This document shows, piece after piece, positions 61,243-64,000 of a stretch of DNA of 64,000 nt. Below the pieces are notes generated by a model. It saw only the letters and a program-made list of their open reading frames with translations. It was not told where the DNA came from and did not search any database. The stretch comes from the human T2T-CHM13v2.0 reference genome, Homo sapiens, in assembly GCF_009914755.1 (NCBI RefSeq), contig NC_060936.1. One strand, given 5' to 3'. The translations under genes and the position numbers were made by a program. Positions within the stretch are counted from its first letter, which is position 1; each line of letters begins with the position of its first letter.

Positions 61243-62079
61243 GTATGCCTTCTGTGTGTTCTATTTGTTAGGGGCTGGAAGCAGACACTCTCCTGTAGAG
61301 CAGAGCAGAGAGCCTTCAGCCTAGGCACACAGCCTCTAAATGTCCTAGTCACACAGCTAACACTCATGCTTGGTGGCCCTTGGTAGTGTGCAATTATTTT
61401 GGTGATCTTACATTCCCTAAATAGTAATTTTCTTTTCCAGACTTCTTGGGGTATAGAGGAAGGGAATAGGAGGGGAATATGAGCAGACATCATTAGAAGA
61501 ATAATTTGAAGCAAATAGATGGAAACAAGATGTGGTTCCTTCTCCTTTGCTCTGAAGTCACCAGCCAAACATGAAATCCTGTTCTATCCAGATAGAGCGG
61601 CACAAGGTTTCAAAGCTCAAAGGCCTGCAAGGGCCAGGTAGTCATGTGAATGAGTGAAGTAAGGTTAGGATAATAAGCAGAAAAGAATGGTGGGGGCTGT
61701 CATGAAGTGGAGAACATATGTCCCACTTAAAGGGACAGCAGCTTTCAGTGTCCACTAGAACTTGTCATGCAGGAATGTGTATCTAGTGTGGCCAAAACTT
61801 CTAAATTTTTAAGAGATACCAGAAATCCAAATTTTTATATGAAATGTCTCCATTTTAAAATAATGACTCAAGGCTGGGCATGGTGGCTCACGCCTGTAAT
61901 CCCAGCACTTTGGGAGACAGGCAGATCACCTGAGGTCAGGAGTTCGAGACCAGCCTGGGCAACATGGTGAAACCCCCTCTCTACTAAAAATACAAAAATT
62001 AGGCCAGGCACGTGGCTCACGCCTGTAATCCCAGCACTTTGGGAGGCCGAGGTGGGCAGATCACGAAGTCAAGAGATCA

Positions 62080-62268
<189 letters not shown>

Positions 62269-62385
62269 TCAAAAAAAAAGAAATAATAGAAACCAAAACT
62301 GGGTTTTGATGTGATGAGTATCCCTATCAGAAACCCAAGCACCATTTTGGAAATGACCTATAGCTTATTTTTTACTCTAAAGTAG

Positions 62386-62480
62386 GACCAATGAAGGAAT
62401 TATTGGCATGCACTAAAGGAGATAGCAAGATGGGTCAGACACACATATGAGAGTCATTGGCAACACCCGGGTAATGTAAG
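62386..62480 (+). other. IKZF4: Probable IKZF4 alternative exon carrying an in-frame stop
   Basis: T-rich tract plus AAGTAG acceptor, strong AAG|GTAAGA donor. Confidence 0.45.
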
Positions 62481-63899
62481 GTAAGATGTTGACTCTGACC
62501 CCTTTCTTGTTTAAGGAGGGAAGGAGTTGGAATGGGTAAAGGCATTCAATATCTGCCACATGCTTGACAGAATGACAGGGATCAGGTAGACTCATTTAAT
62601 TGGAAGAGACTTTATTAGAACAAAAGTCATGGCCTTGTGAGGAGCGAGCCAGTCCTCCTACCTCCTGCTCAGTTAAGCCTATTCAGAAAACCACTACTGA
62701 GCAACAAGTACACTTGGGACCCTGCTTTAGTGCTGGGGAACACTCAGATGGATAAAATCCAGTCCCTACCATAAAGCAGGCAAATGAGAAACTACAAATC
62801 CTGTGGAGCTCTTTTCAAACCTGTTTATGGAGAATATTGGATACTCATGGAGGTGATTTGCTTCACCGTGCTATGAAACCAAGTTTTCCCTGCTTTCAGC
62901 AGATTGGCATGTCCTAGATAAGAAGTGGCCTCTGCACAGGATGGTTTTTGAATGGAAGTGGAGGCCAGGAACTCCTCCTCTGTACTTTGAGAATTTTAGA
63001 TGTCAGCAGCTACCTTAGAAAGGGAAAAGAGAAAGTCAAAGTAAGGCTACCATTAGCCCTGAAAAGTACCCCTCTTAGGACTGGGCATAGCTGCGCTCAT
63101 CACTGACCCATCTCTCCTGGAAGAGTCATATGGAAGCAGAGGGAAAGGCTGCAGCATGCAGCCCTCCCGAAGCACACTGCGGGCCTCCACAGGCCATCAT
63201 AGTTCTTCTGCTCCACGCCAGGTGACCTTCCCTCATCAGGCCACTTGATGAAAAGGGTATCTCTCCTGTTCTTCCAAGAGATTTGAATTCCTCACAGAAT
63301 GTGATTCAGAAAATCCATCTTTTCTCCCCTTTTCTCTTTTTAAAGGTACAGATCATTCCCTTCTGGGGCAGGGAAAAGGGGGAGATAAGCAGGAGTCTAT
63401 TAATTTATGGCACAGATAACCACCCCCTCCATTTTCCTATCTTTCAAGGGAAACAGAGTTGCTGAAACCCAGCTCCTGCCATTAATTGACTGAGCAGGGC
63501 TTGCCCCAAGTTTTCTGAGACTGTGAAATGTTTTAGAGAACTTTAGTAGAAAGGGATTCAGGGGTAGGCAGCCCGAAGTTTCACAGCCCCTCCCACCCCC
63601 AAATTCTTGGAATCAGAAAATGTAGTCTTCCAAAGTAGGTCAGTTTGTCAGTGAGCAGCTCCTCTGAAAGGGAAGGGAGCAGAGGCCTTGTCCTGATAGA
63701 GGGCGGATTCATCCAGGGCTTTCGGCTGCTGGGGCCCCAGGGGCACAGGAAGGGGGGGAAATGGGGAGACCGTACCAGCCTTTTTGCCCGGGATCTGAAA
63801 GGTCTCAGGGCCACGGAGCAACACTAGCCTGACACCAGACTCTGCTGGGCCCTCTCACTGCTGGAAAGGAGGAGGCTGTCAGTCCCCACATCTAGAGAG

Positions 63900-64000
63900 C
63901 AACCTTCCTCCTGGAGGAGGAGGGAAAGAGTTCGGTGGGGGAGGGGCTTTCTGCCTCTCTGAGAGCCTTGAAGCTGTCCGTGTCCTGGGCCCCATGACCT
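63900..64000 (+). promoter_or_regulatory. IKZF4: Probable proximal IKZF4 promoter / start of the canonical first exon at the window edge
   Basis: G-rich promoter-like sequence; recalled resemblance of GAAGCTGTCCGTGTCCTGGGCCCCATGACC to the IKZF4 mRNA 5' end (unverified). Confidence 0.4.

Overview
Human genomic DNA: Alu-rich, with GT-AG spliced genes and CpG-island promoters. Gene content identifies it as the 12q13.2 cluster. From left to right: the 5' part of PMEL (minus strand, coding exons 1-6), CDK2 (plus, complete, 298 aa, head-to-head with PMEL), RAB5B (plus, complete, 215 aa), SUOX (plus, complete, 545 aa), and the upstream promoter and 5' exons of IKZF4/Eos. Exon boundaries were read from splice signals, and the summed CDS lengths close in frame. 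Most notable observations: (1) an intronless RAB13 retrocopy with an intact 203-codon ORF, antisense in RAB5B intron 1, inserted in the A-tail of a co-oriented Alu, with its C-terminal CaaX changed to CSLS; (2) an open 144-nt in-frame CDK2 cassette exon that appears to derive from an antisense L2 3' end; (3) a ~340-bp MER44A-like DNA transposon stretched to 3.4 kb by nested Alus and a solo LTR12 in a SUOX intron; (4) an Ikaros-like 40-nt first coding exon of IKZF4, followed by a stop-containing exon that would turn it into a uORF; (5) a PMEL TATA box that also reads as a splice acceptor for a GC-AG intron from the CDK2 promoter. Comparisons to reference proteins and repeat consensuses are from memory and need alignment to confirm.
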